Assembly: GCA_965205855.1 (NCBI GenBank)
Contig: OZ242184.1
Span: 320,001 to 384,000 of the forward strand
Source: Thermodesulfobacteriota bacterium
GTDB lineage: Bacteria; Desulfobacterota_D; UBA1144; Nemesobacterales; Mycalebacteriaceae
Direction: 5' to 3'
DNA: 64,000 nucleotides
Position 1 is the stretch's first letter. Every line of letters begins with the position of its first letter. The translations under genes and the position numbers were made by a program. Shown here one piece after another: positions 29,070 through 38,367 of the stretch. The notes under the pieces were generated by a model. It was given only the letters and a program-made list of their open reading frames with translations. It was not told the origin of the DNA and did no database searches.

Positions 29070-30302
29070 CTAAATGTGAAGCTCCTCAAATACGGGACCT
29101 TCGGGTCTGTCTCTTGAGAGGTGCTTCGCACTTGCGAGTTCTTCGTCAAATTTTCCCTTTTCAATAAGACCCGAGAGTGCCTCCGCCGCGCCATGGGATA
29201 TCATCAGCCCTCTGCCCGTATGGCCGAAACACTCATACACATTTTCCAGCCCGGGCGCTTTTCCCAGATAGCCTGACCTGTCCGCGGTTTCCGCATACAT
29301 ACCGGCCCAGCCCCTTACAAATTTCAGGTTTTCAAACGCCCTAATTCTTTTTGCGAGCGGTTTCCATATCCATTTCGCAAAAGGGCTTTCTTCGTCCAAA
29401 CGGTAGAAATCATATTCGTAGTTCACTCCGAACGGTTCATCGGGGTTTGAGTATCCGACAAGCGCTCCGTCTCCCTCGCCGTGAAAATATATGTCGCTTG
29501 TGTCAATAACCATACCGACCTTTGAGAGGTCGAGTCCGGGGCATTTCACAATCTGAATCTGCCGCCTGCGGGGTTTTACCGCATTTTCCTTTATCCCGTA
29601 CAGAGAGGCAATCCGCGAAGCCCACGCCCCGCCCGCGTTGACAAGCGTTTCGCACTCATACGCCACTCCTTCTCTGTCGTCCCGCGGCGTCAAACGCCCG
29701 GAAAGCAGGTCTTCGGGTTTTTCGGAGGTTTCCAGTTTTCGGGTAAAAACAGTTTTGGCTTTTCCCATTTCAACTTCAATCCGGCGGACAAAGGTTCTGT
29801 CAACAAATTCCGCTTTTCTTTTCCTCGCCTCTTTTCTGTAAAACTCTCTGAGCGAGTAATGGTCAACAAAACCCGCATCGCGCGACACCGAAAGACTTTC
29901 AATCCCGCTTGTGTCTGTTACAAATTCCAGATGCCTGCGCACCTCTTCCACTCCGTACATATCAACATTCAAGCCGTATTCGCGGTAAAGCGGAAGGTTT
30001 GTCCGCATTTCCAAATCGGTTTTTTCGTTGTGAAGCCAGTAGTACCCGGACTCTTTGAACGCCACGGCGTCCGCTATGGAGCGGTAGAACCGTATTGAGC
30101 GGGCGCAGAGTTCCACATTCGCCTTTCCTCGCCATGTTGCGCGAATCCCGCCCGCGTTTTTCAAAGACGAGGAAAACTCTCCCTCAAGGTCGGGGTCAAC
30201 AACAACGATTTTCGCCTTGGGAAATCTCAGGGAAATTGAGTATGCGCAAGCGGAACCGATTACTCCCGCGCCGATGATGAGGAAATTGCAATGTTTTGCC
30301 AT
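29070..30302 (-). CDS. FAD-dependent oxidoreductase (DAO / sarcosine oxidase beta-like)
   Basis: IIGAGVIG, NAGGIR, VNAGGAWA, GWAGMY, GHTGRG. Confidence 0.88.
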   Translation of the reverse strand: MAKHCNFLIIGAGVIGSACAYSISLRFPKAKIVVVDPDLEGEFSSSLKNAGGIRATWRGKANVELCARSIRFYRSIADAVAFKESGYYWLHNEKTDLEMRTNLPLYREYGLNVDMYGVEEVRRHLEFVTDTSGIESLSVSRDAGFVDHYSLREFYRKEARKRKAEFVDRTFVRRIEVEMGKAKTVFTRKLETSEKPEDLLSGRLTPRDDREGVAYECETLVNAGGAWASRIASLYGIKENAVKPRRRQIQIVKCPGLDLSKVGMVIDTSDIYFHGEGDGALVGYSNPDEPFGVNYEYDFYRLDEESPFAKWIWKPLAKRIRAFENLKFVRGWAGMYAETADRSGYLGKAPGLENVYECFGHTGRGLMISHGAAEALSGLIEKGKFDEELASAKHLSRDRPEGPVFEELHI

Positions 30303-30339
30303 TTGCTCTGAAAACTATATCAGAATTACAGGGGTGGTC

Positions 30340-30369
30340 TTGACAGCCCCGAAAGAATTGGTTTAGAAT
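30340..30369 (+). promoter_or_regulatory. Putative sigma70 promoter
   Basis: TTGACA-18 bp-TAGAAT upstream of the structured leader and DUF2085 gene. Confidence 0.55.
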
Positions 30370-30375
30370 GATTAC

Positions 30376-30510
30376 GTTCAGCAATTTTATAGGGAACCCG
30401 CACTGTCGGGTCTCTGTGAATACAAGACCCTCGGGAAATAAACAGAACTTCTAAATTCTCTATTTAGTTGCTGAACAAGACCCGGCGCCTTGCGTTGGAA
30501 AGTCAGCAAT
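30376..30510 (+). ncRNA. Putative structured 5' leader or small RNA (unassigned)
   Basis: GTTCAGCAA (30376-84) and TTGCTGAAC (30468-76) close an imperfect ~21-bp stem. It encloses a GGGTCT/AGACCC hairpin, and alternative partners lie downstream. Confidence 0.4.
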
Positions 30511-30523
30511 TAAGGAGTGCAGA

Positions 30524-31027
30524 ATGAGAAAATCATTTCTGGTTGTGTTTTCATTTTCAAGACAGTTCCAACTTATAAGAATACTGATCTTTCTCACTTC
30601 CTTTCTGCTGGTTGTTTCCTCATTTGTCGCACCCATACGTCAATCAATCGGCAGATTTCCCAGCGGTGAATCCATTTACCTGTGGCTGTCTTTCATATGT
30701 CATCAGTTGCCCTCCCGGTCATTTTGGGTTTCGGGGTTTCCCTGCGGGCTTTGCTCAAGGTGTCTTTTGGGATATACGGGCGTGGCTCTTGCCGCTTTGT
30801 TTGTTTGCCGTCCGCAAAGGTATTCAAGTCGTGTCCTGCTTGGCGTTTTTTTATTGCTTCCGGCCATTCTGGATGTGTCCATTCAGAGTGTGACCGGTTA
30901 CCAAGGCATGAACCTGACAAGAGCAGTTACGGGTTTTCTCGGCGGAATTGGCTTTTTCATACTCTGCTTTCCGTCAAGATTTGAAAAATCTTTAGTTCAC
31001 AGGAGGACTACAAATGAAATTAATTAA
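30524..31027 (+). CDS. DUF2085-family membrane protein
   Basis: ICHQLPSRSF, CSRC.G.Y.G, P..LD, N..R..TG; AAGGAG RBS. Confidence 0.85.
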   Translation: MRKSFLVVFSFSRQFQLIRILIFLTSFLLVVSSFVAPIRQSIGRFPSGESIYLWLSFICHQLPSRSFWVSGFPCGLCSRCLLGYTGVALAALFVCRPQRYSSRVLLGVFLLLPAILDVSIQSVTGYQGMNLTRAVTGFLGGIGFFILCFPSRFEKSLVHRRTTNEIN

Positions 31028-31535
31028 ACGTTCAGGTTTTTGTATTGCAATAGCAGTATTGGTTTTTTCCGTTTCCGGCACAACAAATGCCTTTGCCCGT
31101 GAAGTTGTTTTGAGGGAATCTGTTCTTGTGCCCGTTCAAACAAAACAACGTATTTCTTCACAACATATGCGAGTCGGCGAACAAGTTATTCTTTTCGTTG
31201 AACGGGACATCAAAGTTGACGGTATAACTGTCATTGAGAGTGGTACTGCCGTTTCTGCTACGGTGTCGGACAGAAAAAAGGCGAGCATGGCCGGAATTTC
31301 CGGACATCTCACAATTACCGTGGATCACACAACCGCTGTTGACGGAACTCTTATTGTTCTGAAGGGCAGTTTTAATACGAAAGGAGATTCTGAAATAGGA
31401 GGGACTGTTGCTGCTGGCGTCATTTTATGTCCGTTGGCTTTCTTAAACAAGGGGAAAGAAGGGGTTATTCCCGCCGGAGCGGTAATCAGGACTTTAACCC
31501 TGTCCGACAGAAAGATTAAAGTCTCGGATAAATAA
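31014..31535 (+). CDS. Secreted hypothetical protein
   Basis: Signal peptide ending AFA, beta-rich body, GG..AAGVILCPLAFL.KGKE..IP.G segment; AGGAGG RBS. Confidence 0.8.
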   Translation: MKLIKRSGFCIAIAVLVFSVSGTTNAFAREVVLRESVLVPVQTKQRISSQHMRVGEQVILFVERDIKVDGITVIESGTAVSATVSDRKKASMAGISGHLTITVDHTTAVDGTLIVLKGSFNTKGDSEIGGTVAAGVILCPLAFLNKGKEGVIPAGAVIRTLTLSDRKIKVSDK

Positions 31536-31596
31536 TTAACATTGCGCAAAATTGACTTAAGCCATTCCACGCCTGATACGGACCGGTATTTTCTTT

Positions 31597-32178
31597 TTAA
31601 CCTGAATTGAATAACGGATTCCGGCTTTCACCGGAATGACGGGGCAAATTTCCCCTGTCGGAAAGACCTTCCCTTATCGCCTTTTTCCATAAAGCGGTTT
31701 TTCGCCCTTTCGCCATACCCGCGTTTGCGGGGCTGGTTGAGGGCAATGTTTCAATGTGAATGCGGTTTTTTATACATTTTTCCATAAGCGGTGTTATATG
31801 AAATTTGAAAACCTGTTCGGGCTTTTTCCCGTTGAAAAACACCGCGCGTATGGAAGGGTTTTGCGCAAGCAGTCCGCCGATGTCATTGGGTATTTCCGTG
31901 GCGGTTTTTATGTCCGAATCAAGACTTCCCCTCCGCTCGCAGAATTTCAGCGTATCCCAAAGCGCGACCCCTGTGTTTTCAAGGGCGCAAACTCTTTCGC
32001 GATAGGGAACGGACGGAGAAAAAGACAGGGCTTCACCCATTATTTTCCAGAACAGGTTTTGCGGATGCGCGTAATACTCTCCCGCTTCAAGGGATTTTAC
32101 TCCCGGCATTGAGCCCAGTATGAGAATTGTGGGGTTTTCCGGCAGAATCGGCGGGAAACTTTCCGCAACTTTTTTCAT
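31597..32178 (-). CDS. DNA-deoxyinosine glycosylase (UDG superfamily, HDG-like)
   Basis: LILGSMPG..SL...YYAHPQN.FW, ALWD, GSLDSDI, FNGKK, LPSTSPAN. Start 32178 (alternative 32280). Confidence 0.9.
   Translation of the reverse strand: MKKVAESFPPILPENPTILILGSMPGVKSLEAGEYYAHPQNLFWKIMGEALSFSPSVPYRERVCALENTGVALWDTLKFCERRGSLDSDIKTATEIPNDIGGLLAQNPSIRAVFFNGKKPEQVFKFHITPLMEKCIKNRIHIETLPSTSPANAGMAKGRKTALWKKAIREGLSDRGNLPRHSGESRNPLFNSG
31616..31641 (-). repeat. REP-like palindromic element inside the glycosylase 3' end
   Basis: Minus strand CGTCATTCCGGTGAAAGCCGGAATCC, stem ATTCCGG/CCGGAAT. Confidence 0.65.
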
Positions 32179-32406
32179 CTTGTATTTGCCTTTGCCGCCG
32201 CTCCTTCCTTTGAGCCGGAGAGCGCTCCGGTATTGTAGCGTTTCGCTGAAAAGCCGCAAGGTCGGAAGTTTCAAAAGCATTTCACCCGCCTTGTATCAAA
32301 TGGCGTATTAAAAAGGTATTTGAAATGAAGATAATGTATGATAAATGTATAATTTAAACTAAGAGGAGAATATGGACGAAATTCCTATTCAGTTCTGTGT
32401 AAAAAG

Positions 32407-34869
32407 GTGTCCGATAAGAAAACATCACTGATGGCGGCTTTTGCGCTTTGCTTTGTCTTGCTATCTTGTAGCCAAGGTGGAAGTTCTCCCCAGCCTGTTT
32501 CTCCTCCTCCCGTTGTTTCTCCTCCTGTTTCTCCCCCTCCCGGTCAATCCACCACCGTTGTTCCCCAGCCTCCTCCCACTGTTCCCGGTCCGACTAATCC
32601 GGACCCAGAACCTCAACTGCCTTCACTGGTGGAATCTCCGCCTCAAGGGTTAACAGACGGGGAAATTGATGATTTTTATCACGACACATATCTGGGACTC
32701 TCCGGGTCGGCAGTAGAACTTCGTATTGTTAACCTGCCCGGAGCATATCGAAACATTTACAAAGCGCGCGGCGAGAGTGAGGCGGCACGTCCGGGCAAAG
32801 GGGTTACAATAGGTTTTGTTGACAGCGGTCTTGATACGGAACATCCGTCGTTCAGGGAGGATGATGGCAAGGCTGTGGAAGTTGAGTATTTTGGCACATC
32901 GAAGGATGCGGATATAGGCAACCTAGTCTCCTCCCACGGAACGGCTGTCGCCAGTATTGCCGCCGGAGCGAGGAGTTGGTGTCTCAACGACGTGACTAAC
33001 TGTACGCTAAACAATGAAGGAGGGCTTTCCCTCGAAGGTATTGCTCCGGGAGCCAATATCTTTATGTTTGCGTTTAATGTTGATAGTCCAAATTGGGTTC
33101 ACAATGCCGGGCGTGCTATTGCGGCGGCTTTTGAAAGAAATGTTGATATATTGAATTTAAGTTTCAGCGAGGCGGAAGGCATTGTTACCGATGCACGCTT
33201 TACAGGGAATACGGATCAGTTTTTAGGGCTGGTGGGCCGGCAAACAGACAGAGAGGAAAAAACAATTTTTGTATGGTCCGCCGGAAATCTCAATGGAAGT
33301 GTATGCACTTCCCCTGCGATTTCGAGCAGTTGCGTAGACGGGCGTATTCGTGCAACGTCGCCTAATGTTCTAGCCGGGTTGCCTTATCACGTGCCCGAAC
33401 TGAAACCTTTCTGGGTTGCCGTTGTTTCCACAGACCTGAATCCGGGAGAGATTTCCAGTTTTTCCAACAGGTGTGGAGTTGCCAAAGAATGGTGCATAGC
33501 GGCTCCGGGAGAAAGGATAGGAGTTGCCGTCACTTCCATGGAAGGAGAGAGAAGGATCAGCTCAATCGGACTCAGGAACGGCACATCTTTCTCCGCCCCC
33601 ATAGTCTCCGGCGGACTTGCCTTGATGAAACAGGTTTTCCGGGGTCAGATAAGCAATGTTGAATTGGTTCAAAGAATGTTTGCCACTGCCAACAAAGACG
33701 GAATATACTTTGACACAGAAATATACGGGCAGGGGCTTTTAGACCTCGAAAAAGCAACCAATCCAGTAGGGACGGCGGGTTTTGCGTCCGTCGGAACGCA
33801 GTTTCTGGACGCCGAGGGGACATTGTTTTCCCCTCTTTATGCCGCGCAAATGGAAACGTCACAAGCGTTTGGAGACGGGCTTGAAAAATTTCTTGCGCAA
33901 CAGGAAGTCGCGGCTTTTGACAGTCTCGGAGCCCCGTTCTGGTATCCGCTTGAGAAGTTTTTCAGCAGAGAGGAAGTCCCGTTTCTTCAAAGGCAACTAA
34001 GCGATTTTATTGATTTTACGGCATCAGGTAAATCAAGAGCCGGCCCCCCACTCCCGCGGGGTTCAAGGGTGTCCGCGCCGCTTTTCCGGGGCAAAGTCGC
34101 AAAGGGTCTGGAAGAGGAGCAAATGCCTGAGATTTACATTTCAACGACGCGGAGCGGGATTGAAGACCCGAACCGTCTTGGTAAATCGGGACATCTGTCT
34201 TTTATTGACAACCCTCTGTTTGCAGGGGTGGATTCCGGCAACTTTGACGTTTTCGCTTTCACTTCCGGGGAAAGGGTGGAAAGGCACGGTCGCGGAGTGG
34301 TCGCTTCATTCCGTCTGCCAAACCTGCCTCTGGGTTTTCGCTCCGGCTACATCTCGGAGTCAAGGTCTGCGCTTGGGGCAACTGCGGAAGGCTTGTTTGG
34401 CGGATTTTCTGCGCAAACCGTTTTCGCAAGCATCGGCTGGGAATACGGATTTGGCGGCTGGCGGCTTGTCGCTGAAGCGGAGGCGGGAGCCGTTTATCCC
34501 GAAGCGGAAACGGGATTTGTCGGTGGCTTGTCGCAGCTTTCGACAAGTTCATTCTCCGCCGGGTTGATACGTGAATTTCCCGACGGCTTGACCATGAAGT
34601 TTTCAGTTTCTTCGCCGCTCAGGGTTGAAAGTGGACACATGGAGTTTGTAATTCCCGTTGGAAGAACGCTGAAAGGGGAGATACTGAGAGACAAGGCAAC
34701 CGCGAACCTTGAACCGTCCGGAAGGCAGGTGGACATCGGGGCGCAAGTGGTGGTGCAAACCTTGCTTGGAAGGGTGAGTTTGGGTGGAGTGGTAAGCCAT
34801 GAACCCGGACACGATAAGGACGCGGAAGTTTCCCTATCTTTTCTGGCCGGTTACAGCGCGAATTTTTAA
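32407..34869 (+). CDS. Lipoprotein subtilisin-like S8 serine peptidase with C-terminal beta-rich (autotransporter-like) domain
   Basis: Lipobox LLSC, Pro-rich linker, VDSG / SHGT / SAGN / GTSFSAP catalytic motifs, terminal ...AGYSANF. Confidence 0.88.
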   Translation: MSDKKTSLMAAFALCFVLLSCSQGGSSPQPVSPPPVVSPPVSPPPGQSTTVVPQPPPTVPGPTNPDPEPQLPSLVESPPQGLTDGEIDDFYHDTYLGLSGSAVELRIVNLPGAYRNIYKARGESEAARPGKGVTIGFVDSGLDTEHPSFREDDGKAVEVEYFGTSKDADIGNLVSSHGTAVASIAAGARSWCLNDVTNCTLNNEGGLSLEGIAPGANIFMFAFNVDSPNWVHNAGRAIAAAFERNVDILNLSFSEAEGIVTDARFTGNTDQFLGLVGRQTDREEKTIFVWSAGNLNGSVCTSPAISSSCVDGRIRATSPNVLAGLPYHVPELKPFWVAVVSTDLNPGEISSFSNRCGVAKEWCIAAPGERIGVAVTSMEGERRISSIGLRNGTSFSAPIVSGGLALMKQVFRGQISNVELVQRMFATANKDGIYFDTEIYGQGLLDLEKATNPVGTAGFASVGTQFLDAEGTLFSPLYAAQMETSQAFGDGLEKFLAQQEVAAFDSLGAPFWYPLEKFFSREEVPFLQRQLSDFIDFTASGKSRAGPPLPRGSRVSAPLFRGKVAKGLEEEQMPEIYISTTRSGIEDPNRLGKSGHLSFIDNPLFAGVDSGNFDVFAFTSGERVERHGRGVVASFRLPNLPLGFRSGYISESRSALGATAEGLFGGFSAQTVFASIGWEYGFGGWRLVAEAEAGAVYPEAETGFVGGLSQLSTSSFSAGLIREFPDGLTMKFSVSSPLRVESGHMEFVIPVGRTLKGEILRDKATANLEPSGRQVDIGAQVVVQTLLGRVSLGGVVSHEPGHDKDAEVSLSFLAGYSANF

Positions 34870-34909
34870 GCCATCCGCACAACTCCGTGCAAAGCAGAGT
34901 GTGGAAACG

Positions 34910-36112
34910 CTACCGTCGTTGCGCTTTGAGCCGTAGCGCGTTGAGTTTAATAAACCCGCCAGCGTCCGCCTGATTGTAGAGGTCATCTTTCTCAAAAGTC
35001 GCAAGTGCGGGATTGTAAAGGGATTTTCCCGCTTTTCTTCCTACAACCGAAACCACGCCTTTGTAAAGTTTCATCCGAGCCGTGCCGGTTACATTTTTCT
35101 GAGATTCTTCAACAGTTTTCATAAGCGTTTCCATCTCCGGCGAATACCAGAAACCGTAGTAGATTATCTCGGAGATTTTGGTCATGAGGAAATCCTTGAG
35201 CCTCATGACCTCACGGTCAACCGTTATGGATTCCACCGCCCTGTGCGCCGGATGAAGAACCGTTCCCGCGGGAGTCTCGTAAACGCCGCGCGATTTCATC
35301 CCGACAAAACGGTTTTCAACAATATCGGCGCGGCCGATTCCGTGCCCGCCCGCGATTTTGTTCAACCGGAGTATCAGATTCGCAGGCGACAGTTTTTTGC
35401 CGTTCACGCTCACGGGCGCGCCTTTTACGAAACCTATCTCAACGTATTCGGGTTTGTCCGGTGCCTTTTCGGGCGAAACCGTCATCTCAAACATCGCCTC
35501 GTCCGGTTCGTTCCACGGGTCTTCAAGAACGCCGCCTTCATAACTTGTGTGAAACAGATTTCTGTCGCAACTGTAAGGTTTTTTCGGTGTTACGGGGATT
35601 TTAATTCCGTGTTTGCGGGCAAAACCCAACAGGTCTGTGCGGGACTTCAAATCCCATTCGCGCCACGGGGAAATGATTTGCAACTTCGGAGTGAATGCAT
35701 GATAAACAAGTTCAAAGCGCACTTGATCGTTTCCCTTTCCGGTCGCCCCGTGCGAGAGGGCGAACGCTTTTTCTTTCAGGGCAACCTCCGCCTGAGCGCG
35801 GGCAATCAGCGGACGGGCGAGAGAAGTTCCGAGTAGATACGAGCCCTCGTAAATCGCTCCCGCCTTTATTGCCGGAAAAACAAAGTCGCGCGCAAATTCC
35901 TCTTTGAGGTTTGCGACGCAGACCTTTTGAGCTCCCGTTTCGAGCGCTTTTTTGCGCGCCGCCGCTATGTCTTCATCCTGACCTACATCCGCGATAAACG
36001 CTATCACTTCGGCGTCGTATTCGGCCGTAAGCCATTTGAGTATGATGGAGGTATCAAGCCCGCCGGAATAAGCAAGAACAATTTTTTTCCGTGATTTTTT
36101 CGATTTTTTCAT
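34910..36112 (-). CDS. argG: Argininosuccinate synthase
   Basis: LAYSGGLDTS, HGATGKGNDQVRF, KSRGVYETP. Confidence 0.98.
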   Translation of the reverse strand: MKKSKKSRKKIVLAYSGGLDTSIILKWLTAEYDAEVIAFIADVGQDEDIAAARKKALETGAQKVCVANLKEEFARDFVFPAIKAGAIYEGSYLLGTSLARPLIARAQAEVALKEKAFALSHGATGKGNDQVRFELVYHAFTPKLQIISPWREWDLKSRTDLLGFARKHGIKIPVTPKKPYSCDRNLFHTSYEGGVLEDPWNEPDEAMFEMTVSPEKAPDKPEYVEIGFVKGAPVSVNGKKLSPANLILRLNKIAGGHGIGRADIVENRFVGMKSRGVYETPAGTVLHPAHRAVESITVDREVMRLKDFLMTKISEIIYYGFWYSPEMETLMKTVEESQKNVTGTARMKLYKGVVSVVGRKAGKSLYNPALATFEKDDLYNQADAGGFIKLNALRLKAQRR

Positions 36113-36118
36113 TGGCTC

Positions 36119-36535
36119 TCAGGAGGTTCCGGTTTGTCCCCGGAGGTCGAGAAGATAGAACTTTGCGCCGCTGTTTTCGTAGAATTTTTCAAGTGACATT
36201 CCCACATACTCTATCCTCTGCAACTCATTGCCTTCATAACGGGCTTTTTTAACCTCATCCGATATTGTCGCTTTAACCTCAATCTGTTTGTCCGGAACCT
36301 GCTGGCAGATAAAGCCCAGTGTAAGCGCCGTTTCCTTGAAATCCGCGGACACTATAAAACCGACCGAAAAAGTCGCGTTGGCAAGCTCAATGACGATAAT
36401 GATAACGGGAGGGGTTGAGCCAGAAGGGTTTTCCGCCACGAACTTATAGCCGTAAACCTGAATATCGTTCACAGAACCCATTATTGAATTAAGGTTCCAA
36501 TAGTCTTCGTTTTCAATCATACAAATTGTGAGCAT
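36119..36535 (-). CDS. Hypothetical protein
   Basis: Clean ORF between rluD and argG on the same strand; possible start at 36520; no recognised motif. Confidence 0.7.
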   Translation of the reverse strand: MLTICMIENEDYWNLNSIMGSVNDIQVYGYKFVAENPSGSTPPVIIIVIELANATFSVGFIVSADFKETALTLGFICQQVPDKQIEVKATISDEVKKARYEGNELQRIEYVGMSLEKFYENSGAKFYLLDLRGQTGTS

Positions 36536-36614
36536 TATAATTTTCTCCCGCGGCTTTGCCGCCCCATCACAGGGTGTTTACACTACCAGAAAGCAGTCTC
36601 TTTTTGAAGCTGCA

Positions 36615-37559
36615 CTATTTCCGCAGGAAAGCGACCGCGGTTGCCATGTCTTCGGGAAGCGGAGCCGAAAAAACCGCATCTTCTCCCGAACCGGGGTGAA
36701 TGAAAGTTATGCGCGCCGCGTGCAGCGCCTGCCTTTTCAGAATTTTTGCCAGTCCGCCGGAGGAGAGCGCGATTTTCGCGGTTTTTCCGGAGTAAATCGC
36801 GTCTGCGGCCACGGGATGACCGGCTTCGGAGAAATGCACCCTTATCTGATGTGTTCTGCCGGTTTTCGGAGTTATCTTCACAAAAGTCCAGTCTGGAAAT
36901 TTCTCAACGGTTTCCCACTCCGTTACGGAGTCGCGCGTTTTTACCGCGTTTTTACCGGACATCTTTTTCCTGTTCGCGGGGCTTCTTCCTATTGCCGTGG
37001 AGAAAACGCCCGAGTTTTTCCTTGTCGCCCCGTGGACAAGTGCGAGATATTCCTTCCGCACCGAGCGCGCGGAGAATTGAGACGCGAGAGAAGCGTGGCA
37101 AATATCATTTTTTGCCGCGACTATAACGCCCGATGTGTCTTTGTCCAAACGGTGAACAATTCCCGGTCTGATGTCTCCCCCAATGGATGAGAGGCGGGCG
37201 CATCTGTGCGCGAGCGCATTTGCGAGAGTACCGTTTTTTCTCCCGGCTCCGGGATGAACCACCATACCCGCGGGTTTGTTCACAACTATCAGGTCTTCGT
37301 CCTCAAAGACAACCTCAAGCGGGATGTTTTCGGGCTCGGCGGAATGTTCCGATTCAAAGAAACTGAACTCAATCTTTTCGCCTCCCTCCAGTATAGTAGA
37401 CGGCTTGAACTGTTTTCCGTCCATAAGGATGTTGCCCGATTTGATAAGAGCGGCTATGCGTGAGCGGCTTTGCGGGGAGATGTCGGAAAGGACGGAGTCC
37501 GCTCTCCTTCCGGTGCATTCGCGCGGCACGGTCAGGGTTCTTGTTTCACTCTCCGGCAC
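36615..37559 (-). CDS. rluD: RluA/RluD-family pseudouridine synthase
   Basis: S4 domain, NKPAGMVVHP, GIVHRLDKDTSG, TGRTHQIRVH, RQALHA. Confidence 0.93.
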   Translation of the reverse strand: MPESETRTLTVPRECTGRRADSVLSDISPQSRSRIAALIKSGNILMDGKQFKPSTILEGGEKIEFSFFESEHSAEPENIPLEVVFEDEDLIVVNKPAGMVVHPGAGRKNGTLANALAHRCARLSSIGGDIRPGIVHRLDKDTSGVIVAAKNDICHASLASQFSARSVRKEYLALVHGATRKNSGVFSTAIGRSPANRKKMSGKNAVKTRDSVTEWETVEKFPDWTFVKITPKTGRTHQIRVHFSEAGHPVAADAIYSGKTAKIALSSGGLAKILKRQALHAARITFIHPGSGEDAVFSAPLPEDMATAVAFLRK

Positions 37560-38337
37560 TTGGTTTTCCTTTTCTTACGGTGATCTTTGTTCCCTCGCCT
37601 CCGAAACGCTCAAACGCACTTCCCCGATTGACCGCTATTTCAATAAATCCCGAACTTCCCCTGACCGCGACCGCTTTTCCGGGTTTGTGTTCCGAATAAC
37701 CGCCCGATATGCCGTCTATTGTGAAGCCGGAAATCTCGATTTGAGCCGGATTTTCCATCCCGTCCGATTCAATGTTTGAGATGAGGTTTCCAAATGAGTC
37801 CACATACGCGACAATTCCTTCCGCTGATTTTCCGCTTAAATACACGGGCTTTTGAATGTTAATTAAAAAGGGGTTCTCAAGAACCGGCCCCAGCATCCGG
37901 GGATTTAATCCGAGCGAAATATGAGCGGCCGCCGGAGCAAAGATGTCTCTTCCGTCAAAAGTGGAACCGACGGGTTTGAGCGTGTATTTGGGGTTTTTTA
38001 TCTCATAAGCCACAAAACGCGGAAAATCCTTGAAAACATGAGTGAATATACCGTTGTCGGGACCCACAAAAAAACTTCCGCCCGCACTTACGGCAAGAGG
38101 TTTTCTGTCGGTTCCGACTCCGGGGTCAACAACGGCGAGATGGACAGAATGTTCCGGAAAAAACCCGTATGAGTTTTTTATCACAAACGCCGCGCGAGCA
38201 GTGTTGAAAGGTCTCAAATTGTGTGTCAGGTCAACCAGATTGATGTCGGGGTTAATTGAAAAAATCACGCCCTTCATTACTCCCGGAAAATGGTCGTTAA
38301 GGCCGAAATCGGAGCACATTGTTATTATTCCGGACAT
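37546..38337 (-). CDS. DUF62 SAM hydroxide adenosyltransferase / chlorinase-fluorinase family protein
   Basis: SDFG, VDLTH, VVDPGVGTDR, VGPDNG, TFDGRD, VDSFGNL. Confidence 0.9.
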   Translation of the reverse strand: MSGIITMCSDFGLNDHFPGVMKGVIFSINPDINLVDLTHNLRPFNTARAAFVIKNSYGFFPEHSVHLAVVDPGVGTDRKPLAVSAGGSFFVGPDNGIFTHVFKDFPRFVAYEIKNPKYTLKPVGSTFDGRDIFAPAAAHISLGLNPRMLGPVLENPFLINIQKPVYLSGKSAEGIVAYVDSFGNLISNIESDGMENPAQIEISGFTIDGISGGYSEHKPGKAVAVRGSSGFIEIAVNRGSAFERFGGEGTKITVRKGKPSAGE

Positions 38338-38367
38338 TGATTGAAAGGAGCGCGGATTTTGCACCGT

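Noticed and set aside
32180-32302. TATCAAATG 9-mer shared with the TA operator, upstream of a 34-codon extension of the glycosylase
   Set aside because: A 9-mer match is plausible by chance in 64 kb, it is not palindromic here, and I cannot assign the peptide.
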